Shown: positions 49,173-59,040 of the stretch, in pieces
Layout of the letters: every line of letters begins with the position of its first letter
Numbering within the stretch: position 1 is the first letter of the stretch
NCBI GenBank assembly: GCA_902619045.1
Contig: CACNCX010000001.1
Coordinates: 592 to 64,591 of the forward strand
Direction of reading: 5' to 3'
DNA: 64,000 bases
Source of the DNA: an uncultured Alphaproteobacteria bacterium
Lineage (GTDB): Bacteria; Pseudomonadota; Alphaproteobacteria; HIMB59; GCA-002718135
Program-made: the position numbers and the translations under genes
Notes under the pieces: model-generated
The model's input: the letters and a program-made list of their open reading frames with translations, nothing else
Told to the model about the DNA's origin: nothing
The model's database searches: none

Positions 49173-50024
49173 TTACCCTTTTACAGCTCCTTGAACACCT
49201 TCAACAAAATATTTTTGCATAAACAAAAACAAAATAATTATAGGCAGAATAGTTATAACAGACGCAGCTGCCATACCAGACCAATCAACAAAGTATTCAC
49301 CTTTAAAAGCGTACACACCTACAGATAGTGTTCGTATATCAGGATTACCTAATGTGATGACGACTGGTAATAAGAAGTCATTCCATGCATGCAAAACTTG
49401 TAGAATAGAAACTGTGGCTACTACTGGTTTGGTTAAAGGTAACATAATTGAAATAAATGTTCGAACAAAACCCGCTCCATCCATTTTAGCTGCTTCTTCA
49501 AGCTCTACAGGTACTCTCGAAAAATATCCTGCAAACAATAAAATATAAATTACAGGGGTGTGTCCTGCTGTTGCGAGTGTTAATCCGATTAAGTTTTTAG
49601 ATATATTCAAATTATTTAATAAATCAAAAACAGGAATAATTGTGTAACCTTGAGGAATAAAAATTGTACCAATTAAAATTCCAATAAGTATTTTTTTTCC
49701 TGGAAAAGAATATCTTCCAATTACGTAACCAAACATACCAGTTGTTACGACAACTATAATTACGGAGACAACTGTAATAATAAGGGTATTAAAAAAATAT
49801 CTGCCCATATTAGCGCCAAACCATGCTCTTTCAAAATTTTCCCAAACAAGTCGGTCAGGGATTAAGCCTAAGCCTCCCCAAATTTCAAAATCAGTTTTGA
49901 ATGAGGCTGAAAGCACCCAAAGTAATGGATAGATCCAAAAGAAAGAGAAAATAATAAAAGCTATTGTTATAATTAAATATTTAACTTGGTTTTTTTCAGC
50001 AATGAAATTTAGGTATTTACTCAT
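49173..50024 (-). CDS. CUT1-type (MalG-like) ABC transporter permease
   Basis: EAA loop LEEAAKMDGAGFVRTFISIMLP. Start moved to the ATG at 50024 (MSKYLNF...), which overlaps the upstream stop as ATGA. The Cys-rich extension in the track lies inside the upstream gene. Confidence 0.9.
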   Translation of the reverse strand: MSKYLNFIAEKNQVKYLIITIAFIIFSFFWIYPLLWVLSASFKTDFEIWGGLGLIPDRLVWENFERAWFGANMGRYFFNTLIITVVSVIIVVVTTGMFGYVIGRYSFPGKKILIGILIGTIFIPQGYTIIPVFDLLNNLNISKNLIGLTLATAGHTPVIYILLFAGYFSRVPVELEEAAKMDGAGFVRTFISIMLPLTKPVVATVSILQVLHAWNDFLLPVVITLGNPDIRTLSVGVYAFKGEYFVDWSGMAAASVITILPIIILFLFMQKYFVEGVQGAVKG

Positions 50025-50935
50025 ATTCTTCGAGTTCTCCTCATCCATAATCCCTGAAGCACTGTAATAAATAAAACGGCAACACCCCAAAATACACCTG
50101 CAGCACAAGCGTATCCAAGCCTAGGCATTGTGCCAGAGTCGGTTACAAAAGCTGTTCTAAAAATATATATTTCCATAACTTCACTACTAAAGAATGGCCC
50201 TCCAGCAGTCATAGTTTCAATTAAAGGAAAAACATTTAGCGCTCCAACTGCCTCCACAAGAATAATGACAATAGCAAAAGGTAGTACAATTGGTAAAATA
50301 ATATGGATCCATAATCTATATCCTTCAGCACCATCAATTTTTGCGGCATCGTAAACATCTTGAGGGACTGTTTGTAAAGCAGCAAGCCAATACATCATGG
50401 TTATCCCTAGCCATTTCCATACATACACTCCCATTACAGTTGGAAGCACCGTATCTGGGTTTCCAAGAAAATCAATTGGAGCAGAAGTTAAATTAGTAGA
50501 CATTAAAAATTTATTAGCAGGTCCATTAAAAGGGCTAAATACAAAAGTCATTACAATACCAATGATAGCAATTGCAGTAACTACAGGCATAAAGATTACA
50601 GTACGAAAGAAAGGGGCAAGTTTTAAAACCTGATTATTTAAAAATACTGCAATAATGAAACCTAAAACTATTTTTACTGGAACTGTTCCAAACATAAAAA
50701 TAAAAGAACGAATGAATGCATCCCAAAAGAATTCATCATTGACAGCTTCATAATAATTTTGAAGGCCAATAAATTTTGCTTCTTTTGTAAAACCACTCCA
50801 ATCTAATAAAGAAAAATACCAAGACATTCCAATAGGATAAATGACAAACATTCCTGTAAGAATTGAGCATGGTAAAACAAATAAGTAACACCATCTTGCA
50901 TCATATATTTGTTTAGATAGAGGTTTTTTGTGCAT
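50021..50935 (-). CDS. CUT1-type (MalF-like) ABC transporter permease
   Basis: EAA loop VYDAAKIDGAEGYRLWIHIILP in a polytopic protein. Confidence 0.9.
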   Translation of the reverse strand: MHKKPLSKQIYDARWCYLFVLPCSILTGMFVIYPIGMSWYFSLLDWSGFTKEAKFIGLQNYYEAVNDEFFWDAFIRSFIFMFGTVPVKIVLGFIIAVFLNNQVLKLAPFFRTVIFMPVVTAIAIIGIVMTFVFSPFNGPANKFLMSTNLTSAPIDFLGNPDTVLPTVMGVYVWKWLGITMMYWLAALQTVPQDVYDAAKIDGAEGYRLWIHIILPIVLPFAIVIILVEAVGALNVFPLIETMTAGGPFFSSEVMEIYIFRTAFVTDSGTMPRLGYACAAGVFWGVAVLFITVLQGLWMRRTRRI

Positions 50936-50942
50936 AGTAAAA

Positions 50943-50969
50943 AAAGGCGAATTTAAAAAATTCGCCTTT
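50943..50969 (-). promoter_or_regulatory. Intra-operon hairpin between the binding-protein and permease genes (attenuator-like)
   Basis: aaaggcgaattt / aaattcgccttt palindrome. On the minus strand it is followed by UUUU, then the permease ATG 7 nt later. Confidence 0.6.
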
Positions 50970-50980
50970 AGATATTTTGT

Positions 50981-52513
50981 TTAAAGTTCTTGATACTTTT
51001 CAGCACCATAATTTGAGTATACATCCCAATTAGGGAAGACCCAATCATCACGAGTTACATTAGCACCGTCTGCTCTTGCCTCTTCAACAGCTTTATCAAG
51101 AGCATCTTCATACCTTTGATTACAATCTTTAAGCTGTGCTTCCACACCTTTAAGTTGTCCAGTATACAACCCTTGAATAACTAGAGCCAAAGAAGGATCT
51201 GGTACTCTAGACTTTGCAGCTACAACACCAACATCTTTATTTCTTACAATTGGATTAGGTCCAACAAGTATGTTTTCAGCAAACATAGATAAAGCTTGTG
51301 CTGATGGTCCGGTTAAACCAGCTTTAGCAACTGCATCTGGATTAACAGCTGGATCTGCGGCACCAACAGTTTGAGCCCAGTAAATTTGACCTTGCTCAGT
51401 TCCCATAAATCTTATCAGATCACCAGCAAATGGTCCCATTGTACTATTAGCACTTAACCAAAAAGTATTTGATCCACCTTCTGCAATGTAAAGTGGTTGT
51501 GCTTCTTTTCCATCTGGAACTGGTTCACTTGCAATACCATATTTCCAATCTGGAGCATCTCTTCCCCAAACTCCAATACACCAAGGACCTTGGAATATCA
51601 TTCCTGCTGCACCTTGAGGCATCAAAGCTCTAGCTTGAGGAGCATTCATACTCATAACTCCTGGGAAGGCACTACCATCTGACTTTAATTGAAGAAGTAA
51701 TTCAACTGCTTCCATATATTGATCAGATGCAATTTGGAATTTACCGTTTTGGAAATTAATGTGTCTGTTTGTAAAGCCACCTCTTCCACTATGTGCTCCA
51801 CCTACTTGTCCAAATGTATGGACAACATCTTCCCATCGATTAACTTGGTTACCACCAATAATCCAACCATAATACTGACCATTACCATTTTTAGTAATTT
51901 TTTTAGCAGCATCTCTGATTTCAGAATATGTCATTCGACCAGCTTGAGGATCATAGCCAGCCTCACTCATATATTTTTCACTATATAGAAGACAGGTTCC
52001 CGTTCTCTTATTTGCTGTTAAACATGTTCCATAAGTCTTTCCATTGAATTGGTTGACACCAGGCAGATAAACACCACTAGGAAATGCAGCTAACCATTCG
52101 TCGATGTTTTCAATGTAGTCATCCCATGGTTGAACCCAACCTTCAGCTACTGCAACACCTGGATCCATTCCTAACGGTAATTGAAATACATCATGAACAG
52201 TTCCATTTCTTATAGCGATTGGAACAATTTTATTTATTTCTTTCCATGGCAATCCATCATATTCAATAGTGATACCTCTTGAAGCTGCATATTCTGGAAA
52301 TAATTTTTTCCAAAAGACACCTTTCATATCACCACTATCAATCCATCGCATATTACCACCAGTTGTTGGTAATGGTTTTAGTGGATCAGGAATATTATAT
52401 TCTCCAGCAAATAGTTTTGAAGGTATAGATCCTGCTGACATCATTGCACCTGCAGCAAGAGCTCCTTTCATAACTGTACGTCTAGAGATTTTTAATTCTT
52501 TTTTCTTTTTCAT
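50981..52513 (-). CDS. Large (510 aa) solute-binding protein with twin-arginine (Tat) signal peptide
   Basis: The N-terminus KISRRTVMKGALAAGAMMSAGS fits the S/T-R-R-x-F/L-K-type Tat consensus. Strong SD (GGGAGGA). First gene of the sulfatase operon. Confidence 0.85.
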   Translation of the reverse strand: MKKKKELKISRRTVMKGALAAGAMMSAGSIPSKLFAGEYNIPDPLKPLPTTGGNMRWIDSGDMKGVFWKKLFPEYAASRGITIEYDGLPWKEINKIVPIAIRNGTVHDVFQLPLGMDPGVAVAEGWVQPWDDYIENIDEWLAAFPSGVYLPGVNQFNGKTYGTCLTANKRTGTCLLYSEKYMSEAGYDPQAGRMTYSEIRDAAKKITKNGNGQYYGWIIGGNQVNRWEDVVHTFGQVGGAHSGRGGFTNRHINFQNGKFQIASDQYMEAVELLLQLKSDGSAFPGVMSMNAPQARALMPQGAAGMIFQGPWCIGVWGRDAPDWKYGIASEPVPDGKEAQPLYIAEGGSNTFWLSANSTMGPFAGDLIRFMGTEQGQIYWAQTVGAADPAVNPDAVAKAGLTGPSAQALSMFAENILVGPNPIVRNKDVGVVAAKSRVPDPSLALVIQGLYTGQLKGVEAQLKDCNQRYEDALDKAVEEARADGANVTRDDWVFPNWDVYSNYGAEKYQEL

Positions 52514-52606
52514 TAATTCCTCCCTATTTGCTTTTTATCTTACGTGAAATAAGCAAAATAACAATTGAAAATAAATTTAAAAATGTGTTAATATTTATTA
52601 GTTTAT

Positions 52607-53032
52607 ATGAAATATTTACACACAATGGTGAGGGTTGAGAACATTGATGCTTCTCTAGATTTTTACTGTAACAAACTTGGATTAAAAGAGGTGCGACGAG
52701 TTGACAATGAAAAAGGTCGTTTCACCTTAATATTTTTAGCAGCTGAAAATAGTGATGAAAGAACGGGTCTTCTTGAATTAACTTACAATTGGGATCCAGA
52801 AAAATATACCGGGGGAAGAAACTTTGGTCATCTAGCTTACAGTGTTAACAATATTTATGAAGTGTGTGAAAAATTAATGAACAACGGCGTCACAATTAAT
52901 AGACCACCTCGTGATGGACATATGGCTTTTGTTCGCTCTCCCGATGGAATTTCCATTGAGATCTTACAAGAAGGGGAATCTTTACCTGAACAAGAACCAT
53001 GGAAGTCTATGGAAAATTCAGGTTCTTGGTAG
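52607..53032 (+). CDS. gloA: Lactoylglutathione lyase (glyoxalase I)
   Basis: Collinear with the E. coli GloA pattern (HTMVRV...LELTYNW...GHLAYSV...PDGISIEILQ). Confidence 0.9.
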   Translation: MKYLHTMVRVENIDASLDFYCNKLGLKEVRRVDNEKGRFTLIFLAAENSDERTGLLELTYNWDPEKYTGGRNFGHLAYSVNNIYEVCEKLMNNGVTINRPPRDGHMAFVRSPDGISIEILQEGESLPEQEPWKSMENSGSW

Positions 53033-53033
53033 T

Positions 53034-54017
53034 TTAATTATTTAATTTAACTTTATAATATTTATTTTGATCAGTAGCCAAAGCTATAACAGCTGGCAAA
53101 ACTTTTTTATAAAAATCAAAAAGACTTGTAAACGGTTGTGGCAACTCTTTATCAATTTCTTTTCGTAATTTTTTTAAATTATATGAAGGCACCATAGGGA
53201 ACATATGATGCTCTAAATGATATTCCATATGCCAATAAAGAAAACTTAATACTGGATTAATTCTAACAGAGTAAGTACTTAAGCGGTGATCTTTTGTGTC
53301 AACTTTAGCAGCTAGATGTTGAGTCACATTAACAGCAAACCAAATTGGCTTCCCAATATAAGTTGGTAAAATAATATAAATTATTGGTAAGAAAGAACCT
53401 AAGTAAAAAGAATATGCAATAACTGTTAACCAAATAAAAACATATAATCTTGAGTTCCAAAGAATTTTTTTCTTTTCTTCTTTAGGTGCTGTTATATCAA
53501 TAACTGGAGTGAATTTTCCAAAAGCATGTTTTAGAACTTCAAACTTAATTAATTTATGTGGGTATAATAAATCTGTTAGAGGAATAAAATTTAAAAAAAA
53601 TGCAAATAATTCTATTGGTCTTGAGACTTGTATTTCGTGATCATAGTCATCTTCTGTTTGCATGGTTTTTGAATGATGAAAAGTATGACTCCAGCGCCAT
53701 CTAAAACCTTCAAAGTCACACATGAAAGAACTGATGTGGTAAAAAAATTCATTTATCCAACGAGTCTTGAATGCAGTTCGATGAACAGTTTCATGCCAGT
53801 TTGCTACACTGAACGCGTAAATTGTACCATAAATAAAAAAGAATAGATATGTCCACCACGTACCTAAAGTAATGTATGCTAAATATCCTGAAATAAATAA
53901 AGATAAAAAATAAAAGAAGAAATGGATTAGTCCAGGTAGATCTTTTCTTTTACTTAAGGTTTTTAATTTTTTTCTGTCGACTTCTGGTCTGTACCAATCA
54001 TCGAGATTAATTTCCAT
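53034..54017 (-). CDS. Membrane fatty-acid-desaturase-family di-iron protein
   Basis: Three His boxes (HETVH, HTFHH, HLEHH) and multiple TM segments. Confidence 0.8.
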   Translation of the reverse strand: MEINLDDWYRPEVDRKKLKTLSKRKDLPGLIHFFFYFLSLFISGYLAYITLGTWWTYLFFFIYGTIYAFSVANWHETVHRTAFKTRWINEFFYHISSFMCDFEGFRWRWSHTFHHSKTMQTEDDYDHEIQVSRPIELFAFFLNFIPLTDLLYPHKLIKFEVLKHAFGKFTPVIDITAPKEEKKKILWNSRLYVFIWLTVIAYSFYLGSFLPIIYIILPTYIGKPIWFAVNVTQHLAAKVDTKDHRLSTYSVRINPVLSFLYWHMEYHLEHHMFPMVPSYNLKKLRKEIDKELPQPFTSLFDFYKKVLPAVIALATDQNKYYKVKLNN

Positions 54018-54031
54018 GCTTGATAATTTAA

Positions 54032-54967
54032 TTAATTATCCCAACGCTCTAACCATGACCCATCAACTGTGGAGTCAAATTGGTCTTTTTTTGAAGTCCC
54101 TCTAAATTTAGTGTGTTCTTCTTCATAACCTTTAAACCAAGAATCCCAATCAGCTGTATAGCTTGGGTCTTCTGATTTTCTCATTATGATTGGATCAACC
54201 AAACCAGTATGAAAACCAGCTTCATCTTTTGGATTTTGAAATCTTAGGTCAACACTCCATCTTACATCCTCAGATAAATTTTCAAGTGATCGATGAGGAA
54301 CTAATTGATGTAAAAATAAAACTGAACCAGCCTTCATTTCACAAGTAACAACTTTCTCCTCTGGAATATCTTTGTCTTCAATAAATAAATACCAAGAATC
54401 TTTTACTGAACCATCTTTCTTTTCTAATTTATGATTCAAAACTCTTTCAGGTCTATGTCCACCAGGAACAACTTGCATGCATCCATTATGTTTATTTACA
54501 TCTATAAATGGAATCCACGCAGCAGGCTGAGTGGTTTTTTCTGCTCCATCTTTTAAATAAGCAGAATCTTGGTGCCATGGAACTGTCATCCTAGCTGTCT
54601 GAGGTGTTTTAGATCTAATATTCCAAACTGGATGACCAGAAATATCTTTACCAACCCAATTTTCAACCATATCTAAAAGTTTTTTTGATCCCCATAAGTT
54701 AGCAAGTGCTGGTTTTAATTCACCTCTATGATGAATTAAAACCGAAGAACCTTTAAAATCTCTTTCGAGAGCAGCTAGTCTTTTAAAAACATCTTTATCA
54801 TCATGTTTGTTTGTAATTTTTCCAGCTTGAAAAGCTTTTTCTGCAAAATCATCAACAATTTCTTCAAATTCATTTAATATTGGATTTAACTCATCCATAC
54901 TAAAAACATTTTCAACGATCGTATAGCCTTCTTCGTTATATTGTTTTATTTGCGCATCACTAATCAT
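54032..54967 (-). CDS. PhyH-family Fe(II)/2-oxoglutarate dioxygenase
   Basis: PWHQDSAY (HxD), distal His (LVPHRS), RWSVDLRF. Start moved to the ATG at 54967, preceded by GGGAGGA. The track's TTG start lies inside that SD. Confidence 0.8.
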   Translation of the reverse strand: MISDAQIKQYNEEGYTIVENVFSMDELNPILNEFEEIVDDFAEKAFQAGKITNKHDDKDVFKRLAALERDFKGSSVLIHHRGELKPALANLWGSKKLLDMVENWVGKDISGHPVWNIRSKTPQTARMTVPWHQDSAYLKDGAEKTTQPAAWIPFIDVNKHNGCMQVVPGGHRPERVLNHKLEKKDGSVKDSWYLFIEDKDIPEEKVVTCEMKAGSVLFLHQLVPHRSLENLSEDVRWSVDLRFQNPKDEAGFHTGLVDPIIMRKSEDPSYTADWDSWFKGYEEEHTKFRGTSKKDQFDSTVDGSWLERWDN

Positions 54968-54981
54968 AATTCCTCCCAAAA

Positions 54982-55719
54982 TTATCCATTTACTAATAAA
55001 TCAGTGAGATGATCTATTGTTGTATCCTTTTTATCCAAATCAGCAATTTTTTCACCTCTTGCCATTACACATAAATGATCAGCAATTGGATACACGTGAC
55101 TCAAGTTGTGAGTAATAAATATTGATGTCACGCCTTGGCTTTTTAATCCTTCTACAAACCTTAGTACTTTATTTGTTTCTTTTACTGATAGGTGGTTTGT
55201 TGGTTCGTCTAATATTAAAACTTTTGATTTAAAATACATTGCTCTTGCAATGACAACACCTTGTCTTTCACCTCCAGATAATTGGTTAACTGGTGTATCT
55301 GGAGATCGAAGATGCAGTTCAACATCTGTTAATGCTTTCATCGCATCGTCCTGCATGGTTTTAGTTTTCATCAAACCAAAATTGCCAACATTATATTGAG
55401 TTTGTTCACGTCCAATAAAAATATTTCTTGCAATAGACATTTCAGGAATCAAAGCTGAATACTGATAAATTGTTTCAATACCTAAATTCATGGCTTCTTT
55501 TGTAGATTTAAATTTAACCTTATTACCTTCAAAATATATATGACCTGAATCAGGTTGATGTGCACCAGATAAAATTTTAATTAATGTTGATTTACCAGCA
55601 CCATTGTCTCCAATAAGACCAACAACAGAGTCTTTTTTTATCTTTAAGCTTAAATCTTTTAAAGCATGAACTCCTGAATAGTATTTGTTTAGGCCCTCAC
55701 AAACAATTATATCTTCCAT
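54982..55719 (-). CDS. ABC transporter ATP-binding protein (single NBD, CUT2-associated)
   Basis: Walker A GDNGAGKST, signature LSGGERQ, Walker B ILILDEP. 245 aa. Confidence 0.9.
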   Translation of the reverse strand: MEDIIVCEGLNKYYSGVHALKDLSLKIKKDSVVGLIGDNGAGKSTLIKILSGAHQPDSGHIYFEGNKVKFKSTKEAMNLGIETIYQYSALIPEMSIARNIFIGREQTQYNVGNFGLMKTKTMQDDAMKALTDVELHLRSPDTPVNQLSGGERQGVVIARAMYFKSKVLILDEPTNHLSVKETNKVLRFVEGLKSQGVTSIFITHNLSHVYPIADHLCVMARGEKIADLDKKDTTIDHLTDLLVNG

Positions 55720-55721
55720 CT

Positions 55722-56702
55722 TTAATCCTTTGCCTTGTTTTGACCAATTCGTGTCGCTCTTCTACTTATATAAGTATTAAACACTACGGCTATGATAATT
55801 AAAGAGCCTAAACCTGCTCTAAACCATTCAGCATCTATTCTGGCCATAATGATTCCACTTTCTAAAAACCTAATTAGTATTGCGCCAATAACGGCACCAA
55901 AAACTGTTCCGATACCTCCAAATAAACTGACACCACCAATAACTGCTGCAGCAATTGACTCTAGTTCTAATAAGTATCCTTGAGATGGTAATGGTGCTTC
56001 CAATCTAAATGTTTGAATCATTCCTGCAAAGCCGGCTAAAAAACCACATAAGATGAAACAAAACATTTTAACGTTTCCAGTCTTTATTCCCATTGAAGAT
56101 GCTGCGTTTTGATCTCCGCCAGTTGCATAGATCCAGTTACCAACATTACTTCTGTGAAGCATAACACCTAAAACTACGGCAACTAAAAGAGCCCAGTACA
56201 AGGAAGCTCTAAATAACTCAAATTGATAAACGAATAACTCATTTGGTAAAATATGAGGAAATGGTGGTGGAAATCCTGCAGTAGCTACAGTTGTAAGACT
56301 TCTAGCAATATAGAGCATTCCAAGAGTTGCGATGAAAGAAGGAATACCAAATCTTAAGGTAATAAATCCATTAACAAAACCAACAATAATACCAATCATT
56401 AATCCTAGAAAAATAGCGAACCAAGGCGGTATCCCTTGATGCACCATTTGTACAATAGTCATCGGGACTAATGCAAAAACAGAGCCTACAGATAAATCAA
56501 ATTCACCTGAGATCATTAATATTGCGATGCCAATAGCAACAATAATATATTCGGGTGTAATACCCATAACTATTCTTATATTTCTTGCATCTAAAAATCT
56601 TTCATTAGCAATATAAAATCCAATCATTATTGCTAGAAACATTAAGAAGGTTGCTACTTCTGGTCTTACTAATAAACTTCTAAGACTAAAATTTTTACTC
56701 AT
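55722..56702 (-). CDS. CUT2-type (RbsC-like) sugar ABC transporter permease
   Basis: Polytopic protein of about 10 TM helices with branched-chain/ribose-type permease blocks (GEFDLSVGS, GGDQNAA...GI). Confidence 0.9.
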   Translation of the reverse strand: MSKNFSLRSLLVRPEVATFLMFLAIMIGFYIANERFLDARNIRIVMGITPEYIIVAIGIAILMISGEFDLSVGSVFALVPMTIVQMVHQGIPPWFAIFLGLMIGIIVGFVNGFITLRFGIPSFIATLGMLYIARSLTTVATAGFPPPFPHILPNELFVYQFELFRASLYWALLVAVVLGVMLHRSNVGNWIYATGGDQNAASSMGIKTGNVKMFCFILCGFLAGFAGMIQTFRLEAPLPSQGYLLELESIAAAVIGGVSLFGGIGTVFGAVIGAILIRFLESGIIMARIDAEWFRAGLGSLIIIAVVFNTYISRRATRIGQNKAKD

Positions 56703-56718
56703 ATTTTTTTTTTTAAAA

Positions 56719-56746
56719 AACCAGGCTCTATTTAAAGAGCCTGGTT
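56719..56746 (-). promoter_or_regulatory. Intra-operon hairpin between the binding-protein and permease genes
   Basis: aaccaggctct / agagcctggtt 11-bp stem with a 6-nt loop. On the minus strand it is followed by UUUU, then A11. Confidence 0.6.
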
Positions 56747-56753
56747 AACATAT

Positions 56754-57719
56754 TTATCTAACTGACATTCCTTTGAATGATCTGATTGTTTCAACATCAT
56801 CAGGACCAATCATAGCTTTACCAGTGTTGATATCAAGTGCACTTAAACCATACTTGTTCATTAAGTATAATTGGTGAACTGACATGTAACCTTGGTAGTA
56901 TGGTTGTTGATCAACTGTTAGTTGAACATAACCTTTGTCCATTTCTTCGAAAACTACGTCAACTAAGTCAAAACCAGCAAGAAGTATTTCACCAGGTCCG
57001 TAACCTAAGTTTCTTACTGCTGCAGCTGCACCAGCTTCCCAGAAACCTACATCAAGATATGCAGTTGTATTTGGGTTAGCTTGAACATAAGCTGCCACTC
57101 TGTTTCCAACAGTTGAAAGATCTAGACCTGACTCGATTTTCTCATAAGTTACTTTTCTATCAGGGTTAGCTGCTTTGTAATCATCCATGAAACGTGCAAT
57201 ACCGTTTCCTCTAGTGTATGCCCATGATTGGTTCATGTCTGCAACACCGATTAGAACGTGAATATCTCCATCAGGAAACATTTCAGAAAGATTAGCTGTT
57301 AATTCATAACCAGCTGCTTCTAAGTCTTGTCCAACATATGCTAGTCTGTTACTACCAGCAGCACCTTCTGGATCATCAGTATTAGCTGTAATTACTGGAA
57401 TACCAGCAGCTAATGCTTCATCAACTGCAGCATCAAAGATAGTTGGGTTAGTAATTGTAGTTACGATACCATCAACACCTTGAGCTATTGAAGACTCTAA
57501 GTTTTGTAATTGCTCTTGTTGGTCTCCATCACCTGAAAGAGTTAACATTTGGCAATCAGCATTAATTTGTGCACAAGCATCTTTAAAACCTTTGTGAACA
57601 GCTGCCCAGAAAGCATTGTTCGTATCACTGTGCATTACGAAGTTAAATTTGTATTCTGCCTTCGCTGAAGTAGCAAAAAGTGCTACAGAGGCAAGAATAA
57701 TTGAAGCAATTTTTTTCAT
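56754..57719 (-). CDS. Periplasmic sugar-binding protein (RbsB/CUT2 type)
   Basis: Sec signal ...ALFATSAKA, 321 aa type I PBP fold sequence, SD AGGAGGAA. Confidence 0.9.
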   Translation of the reverse strand: MKKIASIILASVALFATSAKAEYKFNFVMHSDTNNAFWAAVHKGFKDACAQINADCQMLTLSGDGDQQEQLQNLESSIAQGVDGIVTTITNPTIFDAAVDEALAAGIPVITANTDDPEGAAGSNRLAYVGQDLEAAGYELTANLSEMFPDGDIHVLIGVADMNQSWAYTRGNGIARFMDDYKAANPDRKVTYEKIESGLDLSTVGNRVAAYVQANPNTTAYLDVGFWEAGAAAAVRNLGYGPGEILLAGFDLVDVVFEEMDKGYVQLTVDQQPYYQGYMSVHQLYLMNKYGLSALDINTGKAMIGPDDVETIRSFKGMSVR

Positions 57720-57830
57720 GCATTCCTCCTATAAATAATATTTCCCTAGCAAGAATGGGTTTGTAAAACAAGGAGAAATATTGGGAATTAGACTGTAAAA
57801 TTATCGCACTAATCAATAGCTAAGCAAGAT

Positions 57831-58982
57831 TTATATTTTTTTTAGGATTTGCCTTATGAAATCGTCATGCATGGGTTCAGGCTTCACACACGAAGAACGG
57901 AGTTCTACTTCCACTTTATAAATTGAAGAAATCATAGCACACTCGATTACATCTAAAACGTGAAGAGCAAGTTCTCCATTACACCTATGCATTCTATTAT
58001 TTTCGATAGCGTCAATCATTTCAGCTAACCCAATACCCCTGTAGTTTGCTTGTTCAGGCGCCTCATTACTTCTTCCACTATGGTTAACAATATTTGTTTT
58101 TCCAAGAGGTTTATCTTCCACACTTATATCTTTCCATTCAGATCCAAACTCTCCTGATATAGATACCGGACCACCAAACATATTTGGATCAGGCACAACT
58201 AGTGATCCCTTGGTTCCATAAAGTTCCATATGATTTCGTTTATGATTTAAAACATCAAATGAAATGAAACCTTGAATGATAGCTTTATTTTGAAACTCAA
58301 TATTAAACATATAAGAAGTTGGGATATCAACATTAAAAGTTTCTCCTTTTTTTGGACCAGCTTTGTATTCTCTTTTATCAGAAAATTTTGCTCCCCTTCC
58401 TCTTATATTTTTTACGGGGCCTAAAAGATTAACAAGGGTTGTAAAAAAATATGGACCCATGTCTATTACTGGTCCTCCTCCTTCTTGAAACCAAGACTCA
58501 GGACTTGGATGAAAATCTTGAACGCCAGGAAAAGCAAATATAAAATTACCAGTTAGAACTTGTCCAATATCATTATTGTCAATTAAATTTCGAGTAAGTT
58601 GCCCTCCTCCTCCTAGAAAAGTATCGGGTGCATTCCCAATATAGAGACTATTTTTTTTTGCTAAATTTAATAATTCTTTTGCTTGATCAAACTTAACACT
58701 CATTGGTTTTTCACAATAAACATGTTTATTTGCCTCAAGAGCTCTTTTAGATATTTCATAGTGCGCTTGGGGAATTGTGAGATTAAGAATGATGTCTACG
58801 TTCTTGTCATTAAGTATTTCATCAACTGATAAAGGAATAATATTATATTGATCAGCTGTTTGTTTAGCAGCATCTAAATTAATATCAGCACAAGCAACAA
58901 AATTTATATTATTAAAATATTCCTGAGCCCGGAAGTAGGTCTCTGCAATATTACCACAACCAATCAGTCCAATATTTTTCAT
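57831..58982 (-). CDS. Gfo/Idh/MocA-family oxidoreductase (inositol-dehydrogenase-like), paralog of 36206-37351
   Basis: MKNIGLIGCGNIAE Rossmann start. Collinear with the 36206 ORF. Confidence 0.85.
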   Translation of the reverse strand: MKNIGLIGCGNIAETYFRAQEYFNNINFVACADINLDAAKQTADQYNIIPLSVDEILNDKNVDIILNLTIPQAHYEISKRALEANKHVYCEKPMSVKFDQAKELLNLAKKNSLYIGNAPDTFLGGGGQLTRNLIDNNDIGQVLTGNFIFAFPGVQDFHPSPESWFQEGGGPVIDMGPYFFTTLVNLLGPVKNIRGRGAKFSDKREYKAGPKKGETFNVDIPTSYMFNIEFQNKAIIQGFISFDVLNHKRNHMELYGTKGSLVVPDPNMFGGPVSISGEFGSEWKDISVEDKPLGKTNIVNHSGRSNEAPEQANYRGIGLAEMIDAIENNRMHRCNGELALHVLDVIECAMISSIYKVEVELRSSCVKPEPMHDDFIRQILKKI

Positions 58983-59040
58983 AAGTTGTTTCTATAAATC
59001 AATTGTAAAAAATGGAATAGTAAAAAAAAAGGCCGTAAAA

